From an uncultured Gammaproteobacteria bacterium (GTDB lineage: Bacteria; Patescibacteriota; Patescibacteriia; SG8-24): a DNA stretch of 56,643 nucleotides. The DNA lies in the NCBI GenBank assembly GCA_964486995.1, contig CAZAOV010000005.1:13903-70545 (forward strand), in the 5' to 3' direction. The notes beneath the pieces were generated by a model that was given only the letters and a program-made list of their open reading frames with translations, had not been told where the DNA came from and made no database searches. Of the stretch, positions 24,652 to 32,781 are shown piece after piece (within the stretch, counting starts at the first letter, position 1; every line of letters begins with the position of its first letter). A program made the translations under genes and the position numbers.

Positions 24652-25554
24652 ATGACTATCGATCAACTATCACTAATTGACGTACACAGCCACATCAATT
24701 TTAGCGCGTACAAGGATGATGCGGAGCAGGTAATAAACCGAGCTTTGGAGCAGGGTATCGGGATGTTTGCGGTCGGTTCTCAATCGACTACCAGCCGGCG
24801 TGCTGTCGAGTATGCCCAGAAATACGACGGCGTTTGGGCAATTGTCGGTTTGCATCCGATTCACTTATTCGAGCAAGACGTTGATGAGAGCGAGGCCGGA
24901 GAAAATTTGGTCAGGTTTAAGAGTCGTGCCGAAACTGTAGATGAAGACATTTACGGCCCGATGGCCGGCAGTTCTGACAAGGTTGTTGGCATCGGTGAGA
25001 TTGGGCTGGATTATTATCACGTTCCTGACGGTGTCAATTGGGAGGAGTTTAAGCAGCTGCAGGTAGGTGCGTTTAAAAAACAAATAGATTTGGCGGTGGA
25101 ATTGGATTTGGCGATTATGATTCATAGCCGCAACGCACCAGATGAGTCAACCGATGTTCACGCGGATATTCGGTCGATACTAAAAGAATACACCGATGCC
25201 GGCAAGCAGTTACGGGGTAATGTGCATTGTTTTTCGGGTGGCGTGAAGGATATGGAGGAATATGTCGATTTGGGCTTTCACGTGTCGTTTACAGGTAACT
25301 TGACCTATAAGCCGCGCAAGGTGGATATCGAAAAAGGTGAATCGCTGCATGATGTAGCGCGTTCGGCGCCATTAGAGCGAATCTTGGTTGAAACCGACGC
25401 ACCGTACCTGACTCCGGTGCCGCACCGTGGAGAGCGAAATGAGCCAGCCTATGTACGGCATGTCGCAGAAAAGTTGGCCGAACTAAAAGAAATGAAGCCG
25501 GAAGATATGGAGCGGCAGCTCATGAAGAACACCCGAGAATTATTTCGCATATAA
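24652..25554 (+). CDS. TatD-family metal-dependent hydrolase (second paralog)
   Basis: IDVHSHINF, GEIGLDY, IHSR, VHCFSG and ETDAPYL. Confidence 0.9.
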   Translation: MTIDQLSLIDVHSHINFSAYKDDAEQVINRALEQGIGMFAVGSQSTTSRRAVEYAQKYDGVWAIVGLHPIHLFEQDVDESEAGENLVRFKSRAETVDEDIYGPMAGSSDKVVGIGEIGLDYYHVPDGVNWEEFKQLQVGAFKKQIDLAVELDLAIMIHSRNAPDESTDVHADIRSILKEYTDAGKQLRGNVHCFSGGVKDMEEYVDLGFHVSFTGNLTYKPRKVDIEKGESLHDVARSAPLERILVETDAPYLTPVPHRGERNEPAYVRHVAEKLAELKEMKPEDMERQLMKNTRELFRI

Positions 25555-25599
25555 GGTGTTAACACTCTGCGCCTACCCCAGAGTATTAACGCTCCCCGT

Positions 25600-25631
25600 A
25601 AAAAAGGAGACCCGTAAAAGGGTCTCTTTTG
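25600..25631. terminator. Bidirectional terminator
   Basis: gagaccc-gtaaaa-gggtctc with flanking A and T runs, between convergent genes. Confidence 0.75.
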
Positions 25632-25637
25632 ATGTGA

Positions 25638-26309
25638 TTAATTCCACTTGTCGTCGTCGTCGCTGTCGTCGCTGTCGTTGACATTGCCGCGACTACGTTG
25701 AGCAATGCCGGCGGCTGTATCGAACCAGCCAGCTTTCTCCATCAGGTAGCCGATATCACCGTCATCTGACCATCCACCAAGCGCATCATCTGAATTATCC
25801 GGCAGGTCGTCTTGCTGGCCATCGTTTTCGTGTTGGTTTGGGGGTGGCTTTTGGCCGTCCTCGTTATTGATGTCGTCCAGAATTTGTTCGGCTACGAGCT
25901 CGGCGATGACGTCGGTCGGGATGCCTGCGTCTGGCTTCATTGCGTTTTCGACCGCATAGACGGTCCACTTCTTGCGAAACACGATGAGGGCGCCCTTGCG
26001 TTTCAGGTCGGCAACTTCTGGCACCAACTCCTCGGTCTCGTGCATAATCATGGCGGCAATGAAGTCAACATAGCGCCGCAGTCTGTCGATGGTATCCTCG
26101 GGTGCAGAGCTGACGTTGTTCACGAAATAGAACACCTCTTTGCGCAGTTCTTCCATACGAAGCTGCATCACTGCGGCCATACGGCGAATCGGCTCCGGAA
26201 CCTGGGTCACATATAGTTCTTCGACTCCAGGCTCAATCTCAGGTTCCGCAAAATCGACGTTATCGATTTGCCTCATCTCTTTAAGCAGTCGTTGCATTTG
26301 AAGGGGCAT
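25638..26309 (-). CDS. Hypothetical protein with a strongly acidic C-terminal tail
   Basis: TAGGAGG SD. 223 aa ending ...NVNDSDDSDDDDKWN. I recognised no domain. Confidence 0.7.
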   Translation of the reverse strand: MPLQMQRLLKEMRQIDNVDFAEPEIEPGVEELYVTQVPEPIRRMAAVMQLRMEELRKEVFYFVNNVSSAPEDTIDRLRRYVDFIAAMIMHETEELVPEVADLKRKGALIVFRKKWTVYAVENAMKPDAGIPTDVIAELVAEQILDDINNEDGQKPPPNQHENDGQQDDLPDNSDDALGGWSDDGDIGYLMEKAGWFDTAAGIAQRSRGNVNDSDDSDDDDKWN

Positions 26310-26327
26310 AAGACCTCCTAGTCATGT

Positions 26328-26356
26328 ACCGTAGATTATTTGTTCGGTGATGTCAA
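26328..26356 (-). promoter_or_regulatory. Promoter candidate for the 223-aa gene
   Basis: On the minus strand, TTGACA-17 nt-TACGGT. Confidence 0.45.
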
Positions 26357-26415
26357 TGAGGCCGGAATGCGGGAAACGCAGAAATCAAAGTTGTTTTTTA
26401 TGCTTTTTCTCTAGA

Positions 26416-26440
26416 CAAAAACCGACTCAATTGAGTCGGT
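26416..26440 (-). terminator. Terminator of the AdSS-like gene
   Basis: Palindrome accgactcaattgagtcggt followed by a T run on the minus strand. Confidence 0.75.
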
Positions 26441-26448
26441 CGTCGTAA

Positions 26449-27963
26449 TTACACGCCATCACACATGATGCGTTGTCCTTGCTCGGGTCCGGTACCGATG
26501 TGAGTGACTTTGCAGTCGAGTTCTTTCTGGATGGCTTGGAGGTAGGATCGGGCAGTCCCGGAAAGCTGTTTGATTGCGGTTGCTCCGTAGATGTCCTCGT
26601 CCCAGCCGTCAATTTCGATATACAAGGGCGTGCATTTTTCGATTGGCACGTCGGCGGGGAGTGTCTTGAGCTGACGACCTTGATACTCGTACGCCACGCA
26701 GATCTTGAGCGGGCCGATGCCGGACAGGATATCGAGCCTCGTGACCGAGAGTTCGTTGATGTCCATGGTCAGCATGCCGGTGCGGGCAGAAACCAGATCG
26801 AGCCAACCCACGCGCCGCGGGCGACCGGAAATGGTTCCGAACTCGTGACCCTTATTGCGAATCAGGTCGCCGATGGCGTCATGCAGTTCGGTCGGAAACA
26901 CGCCCTCACCAACGTGTGAGTCATACGCCTTGATGGCCGAGATGATATGCGCACCGTCATTGGTGACCGAACTGGCGGGCAGACCAGAGAGCTCGAGGAT
27001 GCTCGGGATACTGATGAGCGACGTGGTCACCATAGGATAATCGCCGAACACCGGATGCAGCTTGCGGCCGTTAGTCGCCACGATGGCCATACCCTCTTTG
27101 CGTCGTCGATTCTCGGCCACAAGCGCATCAATGTCACGGACGTACTGCATGAGTTCGCGCTTGGTGTTCAGTAGCCACTCGAACAGCTCATCTCCCAACT
27201 TATCGAGTGAGAAGTCGCCCACGAAGTCATCGTACCGCTCGATTGCCTCAACCAGACGGTCCTCGTCACCGTCCCAGTCGAGGAAACGTTTGGCTACTTT
27301 TCTGATCGAAGTTTCATCCAGCTTGTTGAGGTGGTCGCCTGCGTACCCCGCCAGACCCTCGATTGTTGCTGTACCGAGGCGGTGTGCCATGCAAAATCGT
27401 CGTTCTAGCTCACGCTCGTTCAGAAGCAGGTCGCCCATGCGCAGGCAGTTGCGTCCGAAATAGGTCGAGGCTATTGGCCCCATTCCGTTCACTGTCGTGC
27501 CGATGTCGTCCGGCATACGAACGATTTCCTCAAGCATATCCTGGAGCAGATGCCAAGGCATGCCGAGTGCGGCGCGCGGCGAGATGGACAGGTTGCCGCG
27601 GAAGAATCCAGCGTCCTTGAATCGCTGAATTTCCTGCAGTAAACCGGTCTTGCCGTTGAACAGCTTGGCGAGTACCGGATCGCTGTACTTGTAAGCGTCC
27701 GGATAGATAAATGCCAGGTGACCTATGACCGCTTCGACTCCGCGGAAGGCGATGCCTTCCGGAAGCTGAGCGAATACCAGCTTGGAGCCTTCGCGATAAG
27801 CGGTGCGGCCGGAGCCGGCGCCGCCAATCGGCTTGCACATCAGTTGGATGCGACCGCTGGCGAGCAGGTCAATTAGAATCTTGGCCTTACCGGCATCGCC
27901 GCGCTTGGCGTCGATCAGGGCGAACAGTTCGCCATGTTCGGGGGATATAGAAAAGAATGTCAC
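26449..27963 (-). CDS. Divergent adenylosuccinate synthetase-family (PurA/PurZ-like) enzyme
   Basis: GTG start 7 nt after GGAGG. AdSS motifs are present: GDAGKAK (P-loop), GTTVNGMGP, KAYDSHVGEGVFPTEL, GHEFGTISGRPRRVGWLD, VTRLDIL and GTGP. The N-terminal half is divergent and about 70 aa longer than E. coli PurA. Confidence 0.8.
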   Translation of the reverse strand: MTFFSISPEHGELFALIDAKRGDAGKAKILIDLLASGRIQLMCKPIGGAGSGRTAYREGSKLVFAQLPEGIAFRGVEAVIGHLAFIYPDAYKYSDPVLAKLFNGKTGLLQEIQRFKDAGFFRGNLSISPRAALGMPWHLLQDMLEEIVRMPDDIGTTVNGMGPIASTYFGRNCLRMGDLLLNERELERRFCMAHRLGTATIEGLAGYAGDHLNKLDETSIRKVAKRFLDWDGDEDRLVEAIERYDDFVGDFSLDKLGDELFEWLLNTKRELMQYVRDIDALVAENRRRKEGMAIVATNGRKLHPVFGDYPMVTTSLISIPSILELSGLPASSVTNDGAHIISAIKAYDSHVGEGVFPTELHDAIGDLIRNKGHEFGTISGRPRRVGWLDLVSARTGMLTMDINELSVTRLDILSGIGPLKICVAYEYQGRQLKTLPADVPIEKCTPLYIEIDGWDEDIYGATAIKQLSGTARSYLQAIQKELDCKVTHIGTGPEQGQRIMCDGV

Positions 27964-28024
27964 CAGAACGCCTCCGTTTGTGAAATAACGTTACGTAGTT
28001 CTTTAGCTTAGCGGCCAGTTTCGG

Positions 28025-28053
28025 ACGTTAGCAGGGTGAGGTTGTGGTGTCAA
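28025..28053 (-). promoter_or_regulatory. Promoter candidate for the AdSS-like gene
   Basis: On the minus strand, TTGACA-17 nt-TAACGT. Confidence 0.5.
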
Positions 28054-28143
28054 GGTGTCGGAGTTGCCGCTTGAAAATTGTTTGACGCCAGTGCGAGTCA
28101 GGGAATTATTCACGCCAGCAACCAGCACAACTGGCAATTGAAC

Positions 28144-28175
28144 AAAAAACCAGCCGTGATATGTCACGGCTGGTT
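28144..28175 (-). terminator. Terminator of the 349-aa gene
   Basis: aaccagccgtga/tcacggctggtt 12-bp stem followed by a T run on the minus strand. Confidence 0.8.
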
Positions 28176-28202
28176 GAAGAAATGTCATCCAGTCGGGTGA
28201 GC

Positions 28203-29252
28203 CTACTTTGTTTCGGCCTTCAGCCTCTTGAGCTGTTCGGCCATGGACTGAGGTCGATACCCCGAGGGCTGCGGAGATTCGGGGAGCGGGGGGGCTGCTG
28301 GCTTCTCAGCGTGAGGGGTACCGTCACCGTGTCGCTCTCGGAACTTGTCGACCTGCGACTTCGGACACTCATCCTGTCGGGGCTTGCCCTGTCGGCGACC
28401 GCTCTCGTTGCCCCGCTTCTGTCCGTCCTGTCGACGACTGCGGCGACGGTCATGCCTGTCGCGCTGCGGTCGCTTAGCCGTGTGGAACTCAGCATTTGGA
28501 TACTTCTTCTTGAGTTCCTCGACCGACTCGAGAGGGCGGGCGATAACACGCCGGTCCTGCTCGATCAGGTTGACCTTGACGACGCGCCTGACCGGAACGG
28601 TCGCTCCCCAGGCCGGAAAGATCGGCTTTCCCTCGAAACGGCGATGGAAAGCGATGACACCCTCTTCATTCTTACGCCGGGGCTTGAAGCTGACCAAGAC
28701 GGCGTCGACATCCTCGGGCACCGTAAAGGCCCAGTCGACATCAGGATTGTTCGGGTCGGGTGCCGTAAGCGCATTGTCCGGCGGCTCGTGGAGCGGAAGA
28801 GCGGTGACCTTCCGGCCGTACCTGTCTTCCTCGAGCATATACTGCTGTTCGACGTCCACCCATACCCGCTTGCCGGGCATGAATCGAATCCGTCTCCCGG
28901 TTACCGGATGAATCGCGCTCACGTTCTTGCTGTCGTTGCGAACCTGGGGGCTAAGAACGGCGATTACCGTTCCGTCACACCAAGCGGGATCACCCGCTGC
29001 GGCGAGCGCGTTGGTGGTTTCCTCGGTCGGCTCGGCCACGTAGAAGTAGTGTCTGCCGACCTGAAGATCGTAGATGTGGCACCGGTACGGCACGCCGACG
29101 GTTGGGTTGAAATGAATGGAGTTGACAAGAATATCTCGCCCGCCCCACCTTGAAATTTTGCGGCCGCCCGCCTCCTCTCGGAAAATCAGGGCCGGCGGCT
29201 CGTCGCTGACGCGCTTCATGTTGACGCCATGGTTCTGATGCTGATGATTCAT
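28203..29252 (-). CDS. Hypothetical protein with an Arg/Lys/Gln-rich basic C-terminal tail
   Basis: GGGAGA lies 5 nt before the ATG at complement 29250-29252. The tail reads RPQRDRHDRRRSRRQDGQKRGNESGRRQGKPRQ. The tracked start at 29381 lies too close to the promoter -10. Confidence 0.7.
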   Translation of the reverse strand: MNHQHQNHGVNMKRVSDEPPALIFREEAGGRKISRWGGRDILVNSIHFNPTVGVPYRCHIYDLQVGRHYFYVAEPTEETTNALAAAGDPAWCDGTVIAVLSPQVRNDSKNVSAIHPVTGRRIRFMPGKRVWVDVEQQYMLEEDRYGRKVTALPLHEPPDNALTAPDPNNPDVDWAFTVPEDVDAVLVSFKPRRKNEEGVIAFHRRFEGKPIFPAWGATVPVRRVVKVNLIEQDRRVIARPLESVEELKKKYPNAEFHTAKRPQRDRHDRRRSRRQDGQKRGNESGRRQGKPRQDECPKSQVDKFRERHGDGTPHAEKPAAPPLPESPQPSGYRPQSMAEQLKRLKAETK

Positions 29253-29384
29253 GCAATTCTCCCAAACCACCGCACTGCAGTGGCGAGTGCGCCGCGATTT
29301 GCGGCAGTTGAAATTTCGTACTCGCCACCATGGCGAGCACAGCGTTTTTGGTCCGAACAGTTGTAAAAGACCGGATGACAAATG

Positions 29385-29413
29385 AATATACTATATCTTA
29401 ATCATCCTGTCAA
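29385..29413 (-). promoter_or_regulatory. Consensus-like promoter for the 349-aa gene
   Basis: On the minus strand, TTGACA-17 nt-TATATT. It predicts a ~125-nt hairpin-rich 5' UTR. Confidence 0.65.
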
Positions 29414-29443
29414 TCCCTTGCGGGGAATAAGAGGGTTATCCTC

Positions 29444-29472
29444 TTGATGCGATCAAATGCTTCGTGTATATT
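29444..29472 (+). promoter_or_regulatory. Divergent promoter giving a nearly leaderless mRNA for the 29483 ORF
   Basis: TTGATG-17 nt-TATATT, then 10 nt to the ATG at 29483. Inverted repeat aagagg/cctctt (29429-29445) overlaps the -35. Confidence 0.55.
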
Positions 29473-29482
29473 CGTATCGATT

Positions 29483-30061
29483 ATGTTTAAGCCAGAATCC
29501 AGACAGCTCAGCATTGCCGTCAAGGACAGAAAAGAGCGACTGTTGCGACGTCGCTTTATTTCATATGTAATCCGACAGAACGACAGTGGCGCATTTGAGT
29601 TGATTGATAATTACGAGGAGCTGAATCGAATAACACGGCAGTATATAAAGAAACAGGAGATTTTGCCGTTGCCGGCAACCATGAGTCGGTTTTTGCAAAA
29701 TGCTAGCATGGCTGAACTAGAAAACATGTGCAATTCTGTTCGACATGAACTGGAGCAAACCGGACTAAAGATATTTTTTGATCCCAGTCGGGATGGTGAA
29801 CTGCGACCAAAGTGGCGCTATCGCGTCCGGTCGCAGACCATGACTGACTATATGCTGGCGACACCTGAATCAAGAGACGCGGAAGACGCCTATGACGAAA
29901 ACCCCAATCAGGTTCCATATAGAATCATTCAGCTGGTAAAACGAAATTATCAGTATCACATGACTCCTGAATGGAAGATTTGGTTCGGTCGAAAAGTGCA
30001 GCGCAAGCGCGAGCAGATTATACTGGACATAATTCAGAAAAATATAATGCGAGTGCAGTAA
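29483..30061 (+). CDS. Hypothetical protein
   Basis: 192-aa ORF (tracked from 29444). AT-richer than the neighbouring minus-strand genes. I recognised no domain. Confidence 0.6.
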   Translation: MFKPESRQLSIAVKDRKERLLRRRFISYVIRQNDSGAFELIDNYEELNRITRQYIKKQEILPLPATMSRFLQNASMAELENMCNSVRHELEQTGLKIFFDPSRDGELRPKWRYRVRSQTMTDYMLATPESRDAEDAYDENPNQVPYRIIQLVKRNYQYHMTPEWKIWFGRKVQRKREQIILDIIQKNIMRVQ

Positions 30062-30138
30062 AAAAACGCTCGACCACGCCAGAGTTCGATTTGCGACCAG
30101 CTTATATGACAAAACTGTGGAGAACTCTTTGAGTGGGG

Positions 30139-30167
30139 TTGACGCGGTTTTTTTATATCTTTATACT
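30139..30167 (+). promoter_or_regulatory. Near-consensus sigma70 promoter of the atp operon
   Basis: TTGACG-17 nt-TATACT. Confidence 0.7.
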
Positions 30168-30222
30168 ATGGGCGGCAAGTTGCTCTTAATGGGTGACTTG
30201 CGCTTCATTTTTTACTGACAGT

Positions 30223-30525
30223 ATGGCTACTTCCGAGCAGGACAGACAATACATGATGCTGGGGCTTAGAATCGTTGGTGAATTCGGTGTGATAATTGCC
30301 GCACCGGTGGTTATTTTAGCTATGCTTGGCAAATGGCTGGATACTCGCTATGATACCGCTCCGATGTTTTTGGTGGCTGGATTCATTTTTGCGGCGCTGT
30401 TGTCCGGCATCAGCATCTACCGACGCGCCAAACGTTTTGGCAAAGAGTATTTATCAATTGAGAAGACTGATCAGAATGATTCGAGCATAGACGGCGAAGA
30501 AGACACTAAGCAGCTCAACAATTAA
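30223..30525 (+). CDS. AtpZ/AtpI-like small membrane protein of ATP synthase operons
   Basis: Two TM helices with GKWLDTRYDT between them, in first position of the atp operon. Confidence 0.7.
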   Translation: MATSEQDRQYMMLGLRIVGEFGVIIAAPVVILAMLGKWLDTRYDTAPMFLVAGFIFAALLSGISIYRRAKRFGKEYLSIEKTDQNDSSIDGEEDTKQLNN

Positions 30526-30548
30526 GCAACTCAACAACTCCATAGCTT

Positions 30549-31442
30549 ATGGCAGTTCCCGTACAGGCAGATCAATTATTCACTGTGGCTAATGTTCCGG
30601 TCACCAATTCAATGATCAACGCTTGGATAGCGCTCGCGCTATTCTTAGCTCTCGCTGTTGCTTTGCGTAAGCCGGCGAATGGTGCGCCGCGCGGAATTCG
30701 CAACATGGCGGAAGCAGTACTGGAGTTTATGCTCGGTTTTATGGACCAGGTTACCGGTGACCGAGCAAAATCAAGGAAGTTCTTCCCGGTAGTCGGGGCG
30801 CTCTTCCTTTTTATATTGGTTTCGAACTGGATGGGGTTGCTCCCTGGTGTGGGTACGATTGGTTTCTGGGCCGAGTCTCATGGTAGTGCGCACTTGATTC
30901 CGCTTTTCCGGCCGGCCACCAGCGACCTAAACATGACATTGGCTATGGGGCTATCTGCAGTCGTGGTCTCACATATTTTTGGTGTGGCAACAATCGGATT
31001 TTTCAAACATGCCAACAAGTTCATTCAGCTCGGTACGTTCTGGAAAGCGGTTACCGGTTTCAGAGGCAAAAAGGTGGGTAAATACGTGATTGATGTGTTT
31101 GTGGCGATTGTCGAATTGGGTGTCGGCCTGATTGAGTTGGTTTCCGAAGTTGCAAAAGTCGTTTCGTTGTCCCTGCGTCTGTTTGGTAATATCTTTGCCG
31201 GTGAAGTTTTGATTCACGTGATGATGGGTTTGATTGCTTTCATCATTCCGCTGCCGTTCATGGCTATGGAGGTCATTGTTGGCGTAGTGCAAGCTCTGGT
31301 GTTCTCGATGCTGACTTTGGTGTACCTGACGATCGCTACAGCTGAGCCGCATGGGGATCACGAAGAAGAGCACGAAAAGGAAGAGCATTTTCACGATGAA
31401 TATAGACCGGCAATGGAGGAGGCTGAGCCAAATCCCGCATAG
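30549..31442 (+). CDS. atpB: F0 ATP synthase subunit a
   Basis: LSLRLFGNIFAGEVL carries the conserved Arg motif. There is an unusual acidic, His-rich C-terminal extension. Confidence 0.95.
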   Translation: MAVPVQADQLFTVANVPVTNSMINAWIALALFLALAVALRKPANGAPRGIRNMAEAVLEFMLGFMDQVTGDRAKSRKFFPVVGALFLFILVSNWMGLLPGVGTIGFWAESHGSAHLIPLFRPATSDLNMTLAMGLSAVVVSHIFGVATIGFFKHANKFIQLGTFWKAVTGFRGKKVGKYVIDVFVAIVELGVGLIELVSEVAKVVSLSLRLFGNIFAGEVLIHVMMGLIAFIIPLPFMAMEVIVGVVQALVFSMLTLVYLTIATAEPHGDHEEEHEKEEHFHDEYRPAMEEAEPNPA

Positions 31443-31458
31443 GAGGTAATGGGTGATG

Positions 31459-31530
31459 AAAAGGTATAAAGGTCAAAAGGTTCAAAGTAAATTGCTTTTA
31501 ACCTTTAAACCTTTACAGCTTTAGACCTGT
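31459..31530. repeat. Octamer-periodic inverted arrays (aaaaggt units versus aaccttt units)
   Basis: aaaaggt-ataaaggt-caaaaggt-tcaaagt faces aaccttta-aaccttta-cagcttta-gacctgta. Related units recur at 35888-35930. Confidence 0.7.
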
Positions 31531-31593
31531 AAAGAAAGATTCTTAACTGGATTTAACGACGACGTTAAAAATAATACCCCGTCGAATCGTTGA

Positions 31594-31884
<291 letters not shown>

Positions 31885-32099
31885 GGTAGTATTTTACTGC
31901 CTAATAGGCTATGGGGATCCTGCCTAGATTGAGGGTGGGTATGTTGATTGCTGTTATTCATACGCAATACAACCAGTTCCCATGTGCAGTACGACACCTG
32001 GCGTTCTGCAACCAACTGATTGGTTGCAGTCGCTAGGAAAAAACATTGATAAGATCTATGCCGTTGTTTGCCCCGAGGCTCGGCATGCGCGCCATTACG

Positions 32100-32188
32100 T
32101 AACCCGCGCGAGGACATTCATTTTACCGGGCGTCCAGCCGGCAAAGTGTGTGTCCGAGCCACCTATTAGAAATAAGACACCACATTAT
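32100..32188 (+). promoter_or_regulatory. Copy C of the recurrent pre-ATG leader element
   Basis: gtgtccgagccacctattagaaataagacaccacat (32150-32185) is 35/36 identical to 5861-5896. The upstream module 32100-32117 is shared with 5812-5829. Confidence 0.8.
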
Positions 32189-32707
32189 ATGACTCCAGAA
32201 GTAGAATCCGCAGGAATCGCAGCCACACTCGGTTTAGACTATAAGCTGTTTTTAGCACAGCTCATAAACTTTGGTTTGATTGTGCTGGTGATTTGGAAAT
32301 TTGTTTACGGTCCTCTCGCCAAAGCCATGGATGAGCGCACAGCCAAAATCGATAAAGGCCTAAAAGATGCTAAGGAGGCTAAGGCAATGGTCGAGAACGC
32401 CGAATCCGAGCGCGAGAAACTGATTACTGAATCGCGTTTGAAAGCTAAGGAAATCATCGAGAGCGCGGAGGCCGACGCCAAGAAACGCCGGGATGAAATG
32501 GTCACTGGCGCCAAGTCCGAAGTGGAACGCGTTGTGACCGAGGGTAAGCAGAGATTACGTGATGAACAGGCGGCGATGGTGGAAAGCGCTCGTCAGCAGG
32601 TGGCCGAGTTGGTGCTCGTGGCGACCGAGAAGGTAACCGGCGAGAAAATGGATGAAAAGAAAGACGCTGCGCTAGTGAAAAAAGCATTAGAAGGCCCTCA
32701 TGTTTAA
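32189..32707 (+). CDS. atpF: F0 ATP synthase subunit b
   Basis: MTPEVESAG..., a single TM (LINFGLIVLVIWKFVYGPL), then a long charged helix. The tracked ORF from 31982 reads through the non-coding spacer. Confidence 0.9.
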   Translation: MTPEVESAGIAATLGLDYKLFLAQLINFGLIVLVIWKFVYGPLAKAMDERTAKIDKGLKDAKEAKAMVENAESEREKLITESRLKAKEIIESAEADAKKRRDEMVTGAKSEVERVVTEGKQRLRDEQAAMVESARQQVAELVLVATEKVTGEKMDEKKDAALVKKALEGPHV

Positions 32708-32781
32708 TGACGCCAAAAAGATAGAGCGTATGGTCGCTTCAAGGCTTGGAATGAGCGGCAATATGTCACCTGTGTGCGGAT

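Noticed and set aside
26449-27963. Calling the AdSS-like gene phage PurZ (2-aminoadenine pathway)
   Set aside because: No datZ/mazZ/dpoZ-like genes or other phage genes are nearby. I cannot verify PurZ-specific residues from memory. Only family membership with divergent catalytic positions is supported.
28161-29153. A 330-aa plus-strand ORF, and several others in 28220-29340, antisense to the 349-aa gene
   Set aside because: These are shadow ORFs typical of GC3-rich coding DNA. Their translations are Arg/Ser/Leu-rich and low complexity. The minus-strand frame has the promoter, SD and terminator.
31982-32188. The N-terminal 69 codons of the tracked atpF ORF
   Set aside because: This part reads through a hairpin-rich spacer and the leader element. 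Subunit-b-like sequence begins only at ATG 32189.
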